64,000 nucleotides of DNA. It comes from Gammaproteobacteria bacterium. GTDB taxonomy: Bacteria > Pseudomonadota > Gammaproteobacteria > Ga0077536. Below the pieces are notes generated by a model that saw only the letters and a program-made list of their open reading frames with translations, ran no database searches and was not told where the DNA came from. Shown piece by piece: positions 30,306 to 40,174 of this stretch. Numbering within the stretch: the stretch's first letter is position 1; every line of letters begins with the position of its first letter. The DNA lies in the NCBI GenBank assembly GCA_963662545.2, contig CAXXLL010000003.1, positions 2,176,001 through 2,240,000 of the forward strand, written 5' to 3'. The translations under genes and the position numbers were made by a program.

Positions 30306-31538
30306 TCACGCGAGTTCGTTTTTGTAGAAGACTCCGTCTTTCATAATCGCCGCAAGATTCTCTTCGGGTCGGGTCAAGACCGAAAGATCGGTCAGCGGAT
30401 CGGCTTCGAGAACGAGGATATCGGCCCGCGCGCCCGCGGCGATTTCACCGATGTCCCCGTCGGCCTGCAGGAGCTCTGCGTTGATCGCGGTGGCGGACTT
30501 CAGCACCTCGTGGTTCGATTGCATCTCACCACGCAGTAGCAATTCCTCGGCCTGGCGTTCCTGCGCTTCGCTGCCGAGCAGATCGGTTCCAAACCCCATC
30601 GGAATGCCTTTTTGCGCGCACAATTCCACGGCGCTGTAACCGGCCTCCATCACGTACTTGAGCTTGTCTATTTGCGCTGCCGTCAGCCCGAATCGCTCGC
30701 GGTAGCGCTCCATCGTGTCGTAGGTGATCAAGGTCGGTACGACGAAACAATCGTTTTGGGCCACGAGATCCGCGGTCGCGCTATCGAGCAGGTTGCAGTG
30801 CTCCAGCGACCGCACGCCACAGTTCACGGCGTGCGCGATAGCCTCCGGTGAATAGACGTGGGCCATCACGTATTTCCCCCAACGTGCAGCCTCCTCGGTG
30901 ATCGCCGATAGTTCTTCGGGCGAGAACTGCACGCTGTCGATGGGATCGTTGACCGAGGTCACACCGCCCGACGCCATGACCTTGACTTGCGACGCGCCCC
31001 TGCGGATCTCGTCGCGTACGCCTTGCAATACTTCGGGTACGCCGTCCAGCGTTCGAAACGCGTATTCTAGCGCAGATCCGCAGCCGCACAGCGGCGCCTC
31101 CTCCACCCGAAAGCGTTGATCGCCGTGACCACCGGTCGGACTCAAGGCGTGGCCGGAGGGGTAGATGCGCGGCCCGACGATCACGCCAGTGTCGACGGCG
31201 TCCGCTAAACCGCGGTCGGCACCCGCCGCGTCGCGGATGGTCGTGAAACCGCGGGCCAGCATGTTTTCGAGACTCCTCACGGCTTCGGCGAACATGCGAG
31301 ACGGCTGCATCGCACGCAAGGCTGTGAGGTTGTAATCCGGCAGGCAGACGTGAGCATGCGCGTCGATCAGACCGGGGATGACGGCGCGGCCGCCGAGGTC
31401 AAACCGTTCGGCATCGGAAAGTTGCGGTCGCACGTCGGTGACTTCCTTGATCCGTGCGCCTTCGACGACGATGTGATGGTCTTCCCGCAGCGTGGGACGC
31501 GCGGCATCGAACACGCGACAATTTTCGAGGACGATCAT
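30306..31538 (-). CDS. metal-dependent amidohydrolase (Xaa-Pro dipeptidase/prolidase-like subgroup)
   Basis: PGLIDAHAH, GFTTIRDAAG, TGGHGD, VKVMASGGV, AHVY, LEHCN, FGTDL. Confidence 0.9.
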   Translation of the reverse strand: MIVLENCRVFDAARPTLREDHHIVVEGARIKEVTDVRPQLSDAERFDLGGRAVIPGLIDAHAHVCLPDYNLTALRAMQPSRMFAEAVRSLENMLARGFTTIRDAAGADRGLADAVDTGVIVGPRIYPSGHALSPTGGHGDQRFRVEEAPLCGCGSALEYAFRTLDGVPEVLQGVRDEIRRGASQVKVMASGGVTSVNDPIDSVQFSPEELSAITEEAARWGKYVMAHVYSPEAIAHAVNCGVRSLEHCNLLDSATADLVAQNDCFVVPTLITYDTMERYRERFGLTAAQIDKLKYVMEAGYSAVELCAQKGIPMGFGTDLLGSEAQERQAEELLLRGEMQSNHEVLKSATAINAELLQADGDIGEIAAGARADILVLEADPLTDLSVLTRPEENLAAIMKDGVFYKNELA

Positions 31539-31545
31539 TGCTGCC

Positions 31546-32973
31546 TCAAAGCGACGGCCGATAATCGCGCCAGGGTGCAGCGTTCTCGTACGCACTGGCC
31601 ATGCGAAAAACGGTCATGTCGTCATACGTCCGCCCGACGATCTGGATGCCGGTCGGAACACCCGTCTCCTTACAAACGCCGGCCGGGACGGCCATCACCG
31701 GACAGGTACTCACCATGTTGAATGGCCAGGTCAAAAGCCAGTTCAAATACGCCGGGACTTTTTTTCCGTTGATTGCGAAATCGGGATCGGCATTGTCGTG
31801 ATCCGCCTTCACCGCGGGGATCGCTAACGTCGGACAGATCAACACGTCGTAGGATTTCAGGATCGGCGCCAGCTTCTGAAACATCTCCCCGCGTACCAGG
31901 TTGACCTTGTAATGATCGGTCGCCGTGCGCGTCAGACCGCGTTCGATCATGCCGACGAAGAAAGGATCCATATCGTAGTGCCAGCGCCTTAAGACATCGC
32001 CACCGAGAAAGGCGGCTGCCATTGCTTCCCAGTGTTGAAGGTAAGGATCGAGGATCCCTGCATGCCAGCCGAGATCGACATCTTCGACCGTACAACCGAG
32101 CCCCCGAAAGACCTCCAGCGCCGCACGCGTGTTGGCCTGGATCGTCGGATCGATTTCGAAAAAGCCCAGGTCCATTGAAAAGGCGATCTTCATGCCGTCG
32201 ATGGGTTCATGGGTCTCCGGCAGACGAACGCGCGTTTTCAAGGACATCATGTCGGCGGGATGCGGGCCCGACATGACGTTCTGCATCAATGCTGCATCGG
32301 CGACGCTATGTGTCATGGGGCCGTAGTGCAGCAGGGTTTCCAAGGGATGATCCAGATCCAAGGGGTTGCGCCCGAAAGGCGGTTTGTACCCGACGATATT
32401 GCAGGGTGCAGCGGGGATTCGCACCGAACCACCCGCGTCGGTGCCGTCGGCGATCGTGGTCATGCCGGCGGCGAGTGCGGCGCTCGCGCCGCCCGAGGAA
32501 CCGCCCGAAGTATAATCGAGGTTATAGGGGTTGCGCGTAATGCCCCAAAGGGGACTGCGCGTTGCGCCCGAATGTGCGAATTCGGGAGTGGTGCTACGGC
32601 AATGCATGATCGCGCCCGCACGCAGTAAACGTTCGATCGTCGGCGCAGTCGCATCCGGGCGAAAATCTGCATTCATCTTGGAGCCGGACGTCGTGATCTC
32701 GCCCTTGACCGGGTGAAAATCCTTGATCGCGCAGGGAATACCGTCGAGCCGGCGCGGCCGGCCGTTGGGATCCATGTAACGCTCTTCGGCTTTTTTCGCT
32801 TGTTCGAGCGCGCGCTCGTAATGCGTGTAGGTGAAGGCGTTGATTTTCGCATTGACGGCCTCGATACGATCGAACATGGCCTGCATCAACTCGATCGGAG
32901 ACAATGCCTTCGCTTTAAACGCTGCGATCGCTTCCGTCGCGGACATGTAGCAAAGATCGGTATTCTCGGTCAT
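31546..32973 (-). CDS. amidase (amidase-signature family)
   Basis: IKD (Lys), SGGSSGGASAA, GTDAGGSVRIPA: catalytic triad intact. Confidence 0.93.
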   Translation of the reverse strand: MTENTDLCYMSATEAIAAFKAKALSPIELMQAMFDRIEAVNAKINAFTYTHYERALEQAKKAEERYMDPNGRPRRLDGIPCAIKDFHPVKGEITTSGSKMNADFRPDATAPTIERLLRAGAIMHCRSTTPEFAHSGATRSPLWGITRNPYNLDYTSGGSSGGASAALAAGMTTIADGTDAGGSVRIPAAPCNIVGYKPPFGRNPLDLDHPLETLLHYGPMTHSVADAALMQNVMSGPHPADMMSLKTRVRLPETHEPIDGMKIAFSMDLGFFEIDPTIQANTRAALEVFRGLGCTVEDVDLGWHAGILDPYLQHWEAMAAAFLGGDVLRRWHYDMDPFFVGMIERGLTRTATDHYKVNLVRGEMFQKLAPILKSYDVLICPTLAIPAVKADHDNADPDFAINGKKVPAYLNWLLTWPFNMVSTCPVMAVPAGVCKETGVPTGIQIVGRTYDDMTVFRMASAYENAAPWRDYRPSL

Positions 32974-33216
32974 CGCGGGCTCCTCCTTCGTATTGTCATC
33001 CCGTATTCTTTCAAGTATTCGCCGTCAGATCATTAAATTCCCCCTGATCAGGTACTATCGCGATCAGGCCCGGATGATAAAAATACTCGAAGCATCGTGA
33101 TCAGCCCGGAAGCCATCGAACTCAACCCATCATTCCGCAACGACATCAAAGAATCGGGACTGTTCACCGTCTCAGTCGATGACGTGCGCACCAACTGAGA
33201 TGAGTTCGGTATATCG

Positions 33217-33405
33217 GTGCCGGAATATTCGCCCCATGTTGCTATCGAAGCGGTGGACTACAGTGGCGTCGCCGGCGAATGGATTTTAGCGACCTTGCTG
33301 GCGGCACGCGACAACGATGTGCCCCTGCCCGCAGCCGCGGTGGCGATCTCGCCGTGGGTCGACCTCCCGAACGTCGGCGACTCGCATGAATTCAATGCCG
33401 AATCT
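33217..33405 (+). pseudogene. internally deleted alpha/beta-hydrolase (HSL-like) fragment
   Basis: VDYSGVAGEWI joined directly to LATLLAARD..PLPAAAVAISPWVDL; catalytic GDSAG region absent. Confidence 0.6.
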
Positions 33406-33518
33406 GGCCGATATTCGCCTCCCAGTTACCGGAGAGACGCAGCGCCATCACGAGAATATCGGCGTTCTTCGGCGCGCACCTTGCTTAGGCCGCGCTGCTG
33501 TGCCCGGCGTGAACTCCG

Positions 33519-33566
33519 AAAAGGGAATAGGGGACGCAGGGGATAAATCCCTCCGTCCCTTTTTTT
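33519..33566. terminator. probable intrinsic terminator
   Basis: GGGACG-CAGGGG-ATAAAT-CCCT-CCGTCCC stem followed by T7; just past the stop of the minus-strand cupin gene. Confidence 0.55.
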
Positions 33567-33585
33567 GTGGGGATCAAAAGTTCCG

Positions 33586-34032
33586 CTAGGCGGCGGCCTT
33601 CGACTTCTCCACGGTGAAATTTTGCGCCTTGCCCGCGAGCATCTCGAGCGCGGTTTCGTGGTTCAAGATCTGTTTCACCGAGCCGTCTTCGTTGAAGTAG
33701 ATACTTGGACCATAAGCGTTGAAGGTCAGTATCGTTTCTTCTGAGCAGGTAGTAGTCTCGTGTACCGCGCCTGTGGGCTCATACGCGTAACACCCGGCCG
33801 CGGCTTCGCCCATGCGGTACTCGAGTTTACCCTTCAGTACGAAGAAGTCGGCGGGAGCCAGGTGCTTGTGCGACGCAAAGACGCAGCCGGGCTCCATGCG
33901 GATGAGTGCGCTCCAAAAACCCGTCTCTTCGCTGACACGCAGTACCTTGATCCCGACGCCGTCACCCATTTTCACCCAGGGTATATCGTCGGTTTGGACC
34001 AGGATTTCACTGTCTTGGGCGGTGGTCGTCAT
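33586..34032 (-). CDS. 2,4'-dihydroxyacetophenone dioxygenase family / ChrR-like cupin
   Basis: DDIPWV, KVLRVSEETG, SHKHLA..FVLKG..EY, YEPTGAVH; GGAG RBS. Confidence 0.8.
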   Translation of the reverse strand: MTTTAQDSEILVQTDDIPWVKMGDGVGIKVLRVSEETGFWSALIRMEPGCVFASHKHLAPADFFVLKGKLEYRMGEAAAGCYAYEPTGAVHETTTCSEETILTFNAYGPSIYFNEDGSVKQILNHETALEMLAGKAQNFTVEKSKAAA

Positions 34033-34289
34033 CGCGTGTTCTCCAACGATGCGTGGAGGGTAATGGTACTGCCGATCCGCCTGAGGCACCAGAGGTCATG
34101 TGCCCACAAGCGGGCTGCTGCATGCGATGCGTGGTATTCGGTATCGGAGCCCGCTTGCTGGACATAAACCGTTCTTCTCATTCGCTCGCGTCAGATAACG
34201 CAGCATCGACGCTGTGCTTTACCTGTAGAATGAGGTGCAAGGGATGGCCCTGCGCCGCCGTTCGGACGGTGCCGTACGACAGGAGTGGA

Positions 34290-35219
34290 ATGCCCATGAC
34301 CGCCACGGACTATCCAAGAGATCTGATCGGTTACGGCCCCAATCCACCGAACCCAAACTGGCCGAACGACGCGCGGCTCGCGCTCGAGTTCGTGCTCGCG
34401 TACGAAACCGGGGCAGAGACCAACATCCTCCACGGTGACTCGAGTTCCGAAAACGTACTCACGGATATTGCGGGCTTCCCCGCGATCCCGGGTGCCCGAA
34501 GTGTGCTCGTCGAATCGACTTTTGAATACGGGCCCCGGGTCGGGTTCTGGCGCATCATGAGAATGTTCGAAGAGCGTGGGATCAAAGCGAGCATATTCGC
34601 CGTAGCGATGGCGCTGGCCCGCAATCCCGTGGCGGCCAAGGCGATCCTTGACGCGGGCCATGAAGTCGTCTGCCACGGCTACCGTTGGATCGATTATCAA
34701 CACGTCGACGAGAGTGTGGAACGCGAACACATCCGTCTCGGCGTCGAGACCCTGACTGAGCTCATCGGCGAGCGCCCACTCGGTTGGATGACCGGCCGCC
34801 CCAGCCCGAACACGCGGCGCCTCCTGGTCGAAGAGGGCGGGTTTCTCTATGACCAGGATTCGCTGAACGATGAGTTGCCCTATTGGGTGACGATCAACGG
34901 CAAGCCACATCTGTGTCTGCCGTATTCCTACGAGTCGAACGACAATGCGTTTTCGGGCAGGCAAGGGATGTCAACGGGTGAAGAGTTCTATGTTTATCTC
35001 AAAGATGCGTTCGATTTTTTCAGGAAGGAAGGCCAGCATTCGCCCCGGATGATGACCGTAGGGATCCACGATCGCCTAACCGGACGCCCCGGTCGTGCGG
35101 CGGGCCTGGGGCGATTCCTGGATCATGTCATGGCGACTAAGGACGTGTGGATCTGCCGCGGTATCGACATCGCCCGGCATTGGATCGAACACCATCCGTA
35201 TCCCGGAACGCGCTCGTAA
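34290..35219 (+). CDS. puuE: allantoinase PuuE-like polysaccharide-deacetylase family protein
   Basis: DYPRDLIGYG..PPNPNWP..ARLA..FVLAYE, ES.FEYG.RVGFWR, CHGYRWIDYQ, GWMTGRPSPNTRRL, DELPYW, DIARHW; substrate not certain. Confidence 0.8.
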   Translation: MPMTATDYPRDLIGYGPNPPNPNWPNDARLALEFVLAYETGAETNILHGDSSSENVLTDIAGFPAIPGARSVLVESTFEYGPRVGFWRIMRMFEERGIKASIFAVAMALARNPVAAKAILDAGHEVVCHGYRWIDYQHVDESVEREHIRLGVETLTELIGERPLGWMTGRPSPNTRRLLVEEGGFLYDQDSLNDELPYWVTINGKPHLCLPYSYESNDNAFSGRQGMSTGEEFYVYLKDAFDFFRKEGQHSPRMMTVGIHDRLTGRPGRAAGLGRFLDHVMATKDVWICRGIDIARHWIEHHPYPGTRS

Positions 35220-35231
35220 CTGGGAGGCTGT

Positions 35232-35477
35232 GTGATGGATCCGGCGTTCATGGGACTCATCGAGCTTGGCAAGAAGATCGCGAAGCGAAAACTGTCGCCG
35301 GGAAAGGTCACGCGATCGATGCTGGATCGGACGGCACGTCGCGACCCGAAGTTGAAGTGTTATGTGACCGTCGCCCTGCCCGCGGCGCTCGATCCGTACG
35401 GTTCGCTGCTCGGCTTTCAAATCATCGGTAATAATCTCGCGGTGGCGATGGCCGCCGAAGCAGGGCAGCTTCAGTAA
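35232..35477 (+). pseudogene. amidase N-terminal fragment fused to an aspartase fragment
   Basis: IAKRKLSP..VT..MLDR....DPKL.CYVTV followed by QIIGNNLAVAMAAEAGQLQ*NAFEP. Confidence 0.6.
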
Positions 35478-35884
35478 ACGCCTTCGAGCCACTCATCGGC
35501 TACCATCTTTTGAGTTCCCTCAGAATGATGACCAATGCGATCAAGCTGCGGACGGATCGTTGCATCGCGGGTAATACGGTCAACCGCGAGCATTTCGAAC
35601 AAACGGTGCGGGAAAGCGTTGAGGTCGTCACGGCGCTCAGCCCCCACATCGGATATGAGAATGCAGTCCGTATCGCCCAGAAGGCGCTCGACGAAAACCC
35701 AAGCGTCATGGACTTGATCGAACAGGAGAACCTGTTGGGCGCTGAGCGCATTCAGGCCATCATGCACGCATCCAATCTCACCGGTCCAAGTTCGCTCTTG
35801 GGCGACATCACGATCGAAGAAATCGATCGAAGTCATACCCACGTCATCGACGACGGGGATGAACAGGAGCGCGGTCGACATTGA
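35478..35884 (+). pseudogene. aspartate ammonia-lyase/fumarase C-terminal fragment
   Basis: RCIAG..VNRE, VVTALSPHIGYENAVRIAQKAL, NLTGP. Confidence 0.7.
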
Positions 35885-35937
35885 GCACGTGAAATCGGGG
35901 ACAGTCTGAAAGACGGTCCTCGTTATTCGGACCTGGC

Positions 35938-36837
35938 TCAGTCGAGTCCGAGTAGACGCTTGGCGTTGCCCCCCATGATCGCGACGATATCGTCCTCGGT
36001 CAGGCTCGGAATGAGCTCGTGGCGTTCCTGATAGGCGGCGACTTTGCGCAACTGCACCAGGCCGTCGTTACGGCCGTCGGTCAGCGGGTAGTCGGATCCG
36101 AACATGATGCGGTCGACCAGGTGGAAATGCTTGGCCCAGGCAAAGGAGCGCGCGACCCAATCGATAGGATAGAGCAGGAACCACGCGAGGTCGGCGTGCA
36201 GGTTGCGGTACTTGAACATCAGCGTCATCGCTTCTTCGACCCATTGGAAGCCGAAGTGGGCGGCGATCACAGTGAGTTCCGGAAACTTCGCGCACACCGC
36301 GTCTAAATCCGCCGGATGGTGATATTTGAGATAGGCGCCGTGGTTGAAGGTGAAACCGGTATGCACCACTGCCGGGATGCCGAGTTCGGCGCATTTTTCG
36401 TAGAGCGGGAAGATGCGTTCGTCATCCGGGTAGAGCCAGTTGTAGGAGGGGAACACCTTCATGCCCTTAAAGCCGAAATGTTTCACTGCGCGATCGAGAT
36501 CAGCGACCGCGTCGGCGCCGCCCAGTGGATCGCCGCAATGGAACGGAATGATGCGGTCGGGATGGCGCTTAACCACGTCGGCAACCTCTTCGACGGTCGA
36601 GTTGCAGTCATAAGGGTGCATGACGATGCCCCAGGTGACGACTTTCTCGATGCCCTGTTCCTCCATGTCCTCGCAGTAACGGTCGGCCCAGAACTTGCGG
36701 AAATCCTCGGCGCTCCAACTGGCCTTGCCGTCTTTGAACCAGGCCGGCATGCAACCGAAGTGGGTGTCCTCAATCCATTCGCGCACAAACTTCTCGCTGA
36801 AGCCGCCCGCGATGTGTGTATGCATATCGATGATCAT
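35938..36837 (-). CDS. amidohydrolase_2 family protein
   Basis: IDMHTH, GFKGMKVFP, VVHTG, IAAHFG, MFGSDYP, GGNAKRLL; GGGAGG RBS. Confidence 0.9.
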   Translation of the reverse strand: MIIDMHTHIAGGFSEKFVREWIEDTHFGCMPAWFKDGKASWSAEDFRKFWADRYCEDMEEQGIEKVVTWGIVMHPYDCNSTVEEVADVVKRHPDRIIPFHCGDPLGGADAVADLDRAVKHFGFKGMKVFPSYNWLYPDDERIFPLYEKCAELGIPAVVHTGFTFNHGAYLKYHHPADLDAVCAKFPELTVIAAHFGFQWVEEAMTLMFKYRNLHADLAWFLLYPIDWVARSFAWAKHFHLVDRIMFGSDYPLTDGRNDGLVQLRKVAAYQERHELIPSLTEDDIVAIMGGNAKRLLGLD

Positions 36838-36889
36838 CTCGACCCCTCCCTATAAATTGGTTCTTCGACGGCAGTTTTGTGTCGAACTG

Positions 36890-37192
36890 CTAGCAATGGC
36901 CGTGGTGCTTGAGCTGATGCACGTACCGTTCCGGCAACGGCGGTGGCGGACCCAGTGCCACGGGGGGCCGTGGCGCGTCCGGTGGCAGTTCCACACGGCG
37001 TCCAGGCCGATTGCGATTGAGCGGCTTAGGCGTACTCGTCTTGTTCGTCGTTTTGGCCGCAAAGGCCGACATGACCCGCACGGCGTTACCGTCGCATGAA
37101 GGACAGTGGCAATCGCGGTCGGCAGTAATCGCGCGGACCAGCACCTCGAACGCGCTGCCACACTCGGCGCAGTGGAATTCATAAATGGGCAT
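36890..37192 (-). CDS. FmdB-family zinc-ribbon protein
   Basis: MPIYEFHCAECGSAFE...CPSC...RVMSAFA; Pro-rich tail ending HHGHC; AGGAGG RBS. Confidence 0.85.
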   Translation of the reverse strand: MPIYEFHCAECGSAFEVLVRAITADRDCHCPSCDGNAVRVMSAFAAKTTNKTSTPKPLNRNRPGRRVELPPDAPRPPVALGPPPPLPERYVHQLKHHGHC

Positions 37193-37649
37193 GGTCGATT
37201 CCTCCTGCTTCAGCACCACTGATGCCGGAATAAACGCGTTTAAATCATCCCAAGTATAAGGCGGATAACCGCCCTATTTCGAGCTTTCGGAGTTGACGCG
37301 TTTTGGTCGCGGGTCTGGATTTCGTGGTTTCGTGGCGGTCGTGGACGGGGTTGCGCGGGGCCGGTGTGTCGATGGCCTGGGTCAAGTGCGTCTAGCGGGG
37401 TGTGGTCACGAGCGGGCCCGTGACCGTCGCCGATGAGGGCTGTGATCTTGCTTGAGATCGGGGATGGCATCGAGCCTCAGTCGTTGAGGCCCGGCAGCGC
37501 TGCTTGTGGGGGTGCTCGGGCGGAAGGAATGCCGGACCACGTCGGCTGTGCAGCGCGCTGGTCAAGATGCTCGAGGATGCGTTGGATGACGGCGGGGTCT
37601 TCGATGCAGGCGATGATCTTAACGTTGCCGCCGCAGGCATCACAGGTTT

Positions 37650-37799
37650 CATCGGGCACCTCCCTGTGCCCGCCCGCTTCGCGGCAATCTGCGACTGTGC
37701 ACCAGTTTGCCGGGAGCAAACTGGAACAGCTTTAGCTGGCCTGCGCAGCAGGTAGGCTACATGGATGTAGCCTATAAATCGGTTTTCCTGCCGATTTGT
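37650..37799 (+). repeat. family A micro-insertion with a second, inverted family A copy nested inside (37701-37775)
   Basis: 150 nt = 75 + 75; the outer copy differs from 26744-26818 at 5 positions. Confidence 0.85.
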
Positions 37800-38059
37800 C
37801 GATGTCGATGTGGCCTACAGGGATGTAGGTCGGGGGCGTGAGCAGGACGCGGGAGCTTTGAATACGTGCTTCAAGCGCCTGGCTTAAGGCTCGCCGCTCT
37901 TGCGCATCCCTGCGCCCGCGGCATTAGTGCATCCCTGCACGTCATGGCGGCGCGGCACTGGCCAGGGGTTTTCTCGGTGTCGGGGCCGGGTGTTTTGCGG
38001 CCGCGGCGGGCGGGGGTGACCGCCGCGCGGTGTGGACTGTTCGGTGCGAACACGCCGTG

Positions 38060-38131
38060 ACAAATTTATCCGGAATAAATTTGGACGACCGAAGGTCGCC
38101 CGAAGGGTGAGGAACAGGGATGTTCCTCATC
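38060..38131 (-). repeat. 72-nt family A micro-insertion
   Basis: Identical to 27026-27097, same RF|HG site. Confidence 0.9.
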
Positions 38132-38186
38132 AAAGCGGATGAGATTGACACGGGGTTTGGGAATGAGTGCGGCGAGGAGGGCCATG

Positions 38187-38262
38187 ACTAATCGGCAGGA
38201 CTGCCGATTTGCACGACCGAAGGTCGCCCTGTCCGGGGTGGGGTACACGGACGTACCCCATG
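38187..38262 (-). repeat. 76-nt family A micro-insertion
   Basis: Removal restores EPLDFMAL. Confidence 0.8.
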
Positions 38263-38465
38263 AAATCGAGCGGTTCGAAGAACACGTGGGTGGTGCCGTC
38301 CAGGTCAAGGGGTTTTGAGCGCGTATCGCACCAAGCCCTGTGAGATGAGTGACAGGCGCTGCTCGGAGAGCGCGGGTCGGGTGATGGTGCGGCATAGTCG
38401 TTCGAGTTTCTTTCGTTCCCAGGGCTCGGTGCCGACGCCGGCGGCTACAAATCCCCTGAATAGCT

Positions 38466-38541
38466 GTTCGCCGGCAAGCCGGCTCCTACGGTGCGATAGG
38501 CATGCAACTGCGGCACCGTAAGAGCCGGCTCGCCGGCGAAC
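38466..38541. repeat. GTAG-type REP doublet (REPIN)
   Basis: GTTCGCCGGCAAGCCGGCTCCTACGGTGC ... GCACCGTAAGAGCCGGCTCGCCGGCGAAC inverted pair. Confidence 0.85.
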
Positions 38542-38568
38542 CACGCCGCCTCAGCGCACCGCACCTAG

Positions 38569-40174
38569 CCTGCATATTGCATGAGTGAATAAATTTAGGC
38601 GGTTTTGTTGGCAAGTTGGCCGTTCAATCGATTGTCATCGGCGATTGCAGGGGCTGGTCTACTCATGCCCGAGTGGCAAGGACGTTACCGCAGTAATTTT
38701 TGCTGAGAAGTCGTTTTTCAGGCAAAGGTATCCATGCGTGTTTTCAACACGCGAATGCTTTAATCGTTTCGGGTTTATCCGGGTGCGAGTCGATTCGCGG
38801 CCAGGAAGTAGAGTTCCTTGTAAGGACAACCGCTGGCCAAAAGGAAACGGATACGGCGCGTATTTTTCAGGATCACGGCACCGATCCTGAACAGCTTTAA
38901 ACGGATGGTACCGACATAAGCGTTGGCCAGCTCGGTACCTTTCAATGCGATCCGCCGGATCGCCTCGATCAGGGTGTAGGCCAGCGAGGCGAGTAACAAT
39001 CGGAACTGATTCGGCCACCAGTGTTGACAGGAGGTGCGATCGCCGAACATATCCAGTTGGTTTTCCTTGATGCGGTTTTCCATGTCACCGCGGGCACAGT
39101 AAAGCTTGTCGTACAGCTGCTTGGCATCGCCTTCAAGGTTGGTCACCACATAACGCGGATTGACACCGTGCTGCGAGTGCTCGATCTTGGCGATCACGCG
39201 ACGCGCACCATCCCAGCTGCGGGCAGCGTATTGGAAATCGGTGAACCAGCGCACTTTATGTCCGGTGGCGGCAAAGCACGCCGCGGCCTCATCCTGCAAG
39301 GATGCCGTGAGCCGGTTCAAGCACTTATTCTTGGCCAGTCCGATGATGTAGCCGACCTCGTGATGATCACACCAGCGCAGCATCTTCCAGCGGCAAAAGC
39401 CACCGTCACCGCGGAAGATGATCCGCACCTTTGGCCACACTTGCCGCAGTCTTTTGACCAACAACGACAAAATCGCCCAGCTGTGTTTGGCACCATCGAT
39501 GTTGCTCGGACGAAGATAGCTCACCAGCAACTGATGACCGCAGAATACATACAGTGGCAGAAAACAGTAGTGCCGGTAATAGCCGTGAAAGAAGCGACCG
39601 TCCTGTTCACCGTGTACCGGGTCATCGGTCGCATCGAAGTCCAGTATCAACTTTTTCGGTGCACGCTTGAACGAGGCGATGAACTGATCGAGCAGCACTT
39701 CGTGCAACCGCCAGGCAGTCTCCCGATCAGCCCGGTTCTCAAAACGGCATAAGGTCGATGCACTGGCCAACCATTGATCACGTTCCACTGCTGTCTGCAG
39801 TGCCACGTCTTGACGCAATCCGTCATGGTCGTTCAGGTCTTCATAGCCCAGCGCAATCGCATACAGGCGTTGCCGAACCAGACCCGGCACATCATGATCG
39901 CAACTCGCCTGACGGCGGGGATCCGACAGCGCCCGCGCAATCGAATCACTCAAACCCGTTAACCGATCTGCCTGCCGCAATAGCAACACGCCACCATCGG
40001 AAGTGATGTCGCCACCGTCGAATCTGGCTTCGACAATGCGGCGATTAACACGTGGAAATTCGAACGATCTCTGGTAACATTTCGTCACGGCGGTCCCTTC
40101 CTTTATTCGTTGTTAGCACTTTGAATTATATAGGAAACTACAGGACCGCCGTTTCTATTGGTGCAATTTGCAGG
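38569..40174 (-). mobile_element. IS1380-family insertion sequence
   Basis: IRs CCTGCA(T/A)ATTGCA with CTAG on both sides (38565-68, 40175-78). Confidence 0.92.
38775..40088 (-). CDS. IS1380-family transposase
   Basis: FDGGDITSDGG, GYEDLND, LDFDATDD.VHG.Q, RGDGGF, YCARGDMENRIKE, WWPNQFRL. Confidence 0.95.
   Translation of the reverse strand: MTKCYQRSFEFPRVNRRIVEARFDGGDITSDGGVLLLRQADRLTGLSDSIARALSDPRRQASCDHDVPGLVRQRLYAIALGYEDLNDHDGLRQDVALQTAVERDQWLASASTLCRFENRADRETAWRLHEVLLDQFIASFKRAPKKLILDFDATDDPVHGEQDGRFFHGYYRHYCFLPLYVFCGHQLLVSYLRPSNIDGAKHSWAILSLLVKRLRQVWPKVRIIFRGDGGFCRWKMLRWCDHHEVGYIIGLAKNKCLNRLTASLQDEAAACFAATGHKVRWFTDFQYAARSWDGARRVIAKIEHSQHGVNPRYVVTNLEGDAKQLYDKLYCARGDMENRIKENQLDMFGDRTSCQHWWPNQFRLLLASLAYTLIEAIRRIALKGTELANAYVGTIRLKLFRIGAVILKNTRRIRFLLASGCPYKELYFLAANRLAPG

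Larger units (their letters stand above)
37254..38445 (-). mobile_element. IS91/ISCR-like transposase remnant 2 with oriIS-like end, interrupted by micro-insertions
   Basis: ERKKLERLCRTITRPALSEQRL, YALKTP, EPLDFMALLAALIPKPRVNLIRF|HGVFAPNS, IIACIEDP, ARAPP; end reads GGCGGTTATCCGCCTTATAC. Confidence 0.85.
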
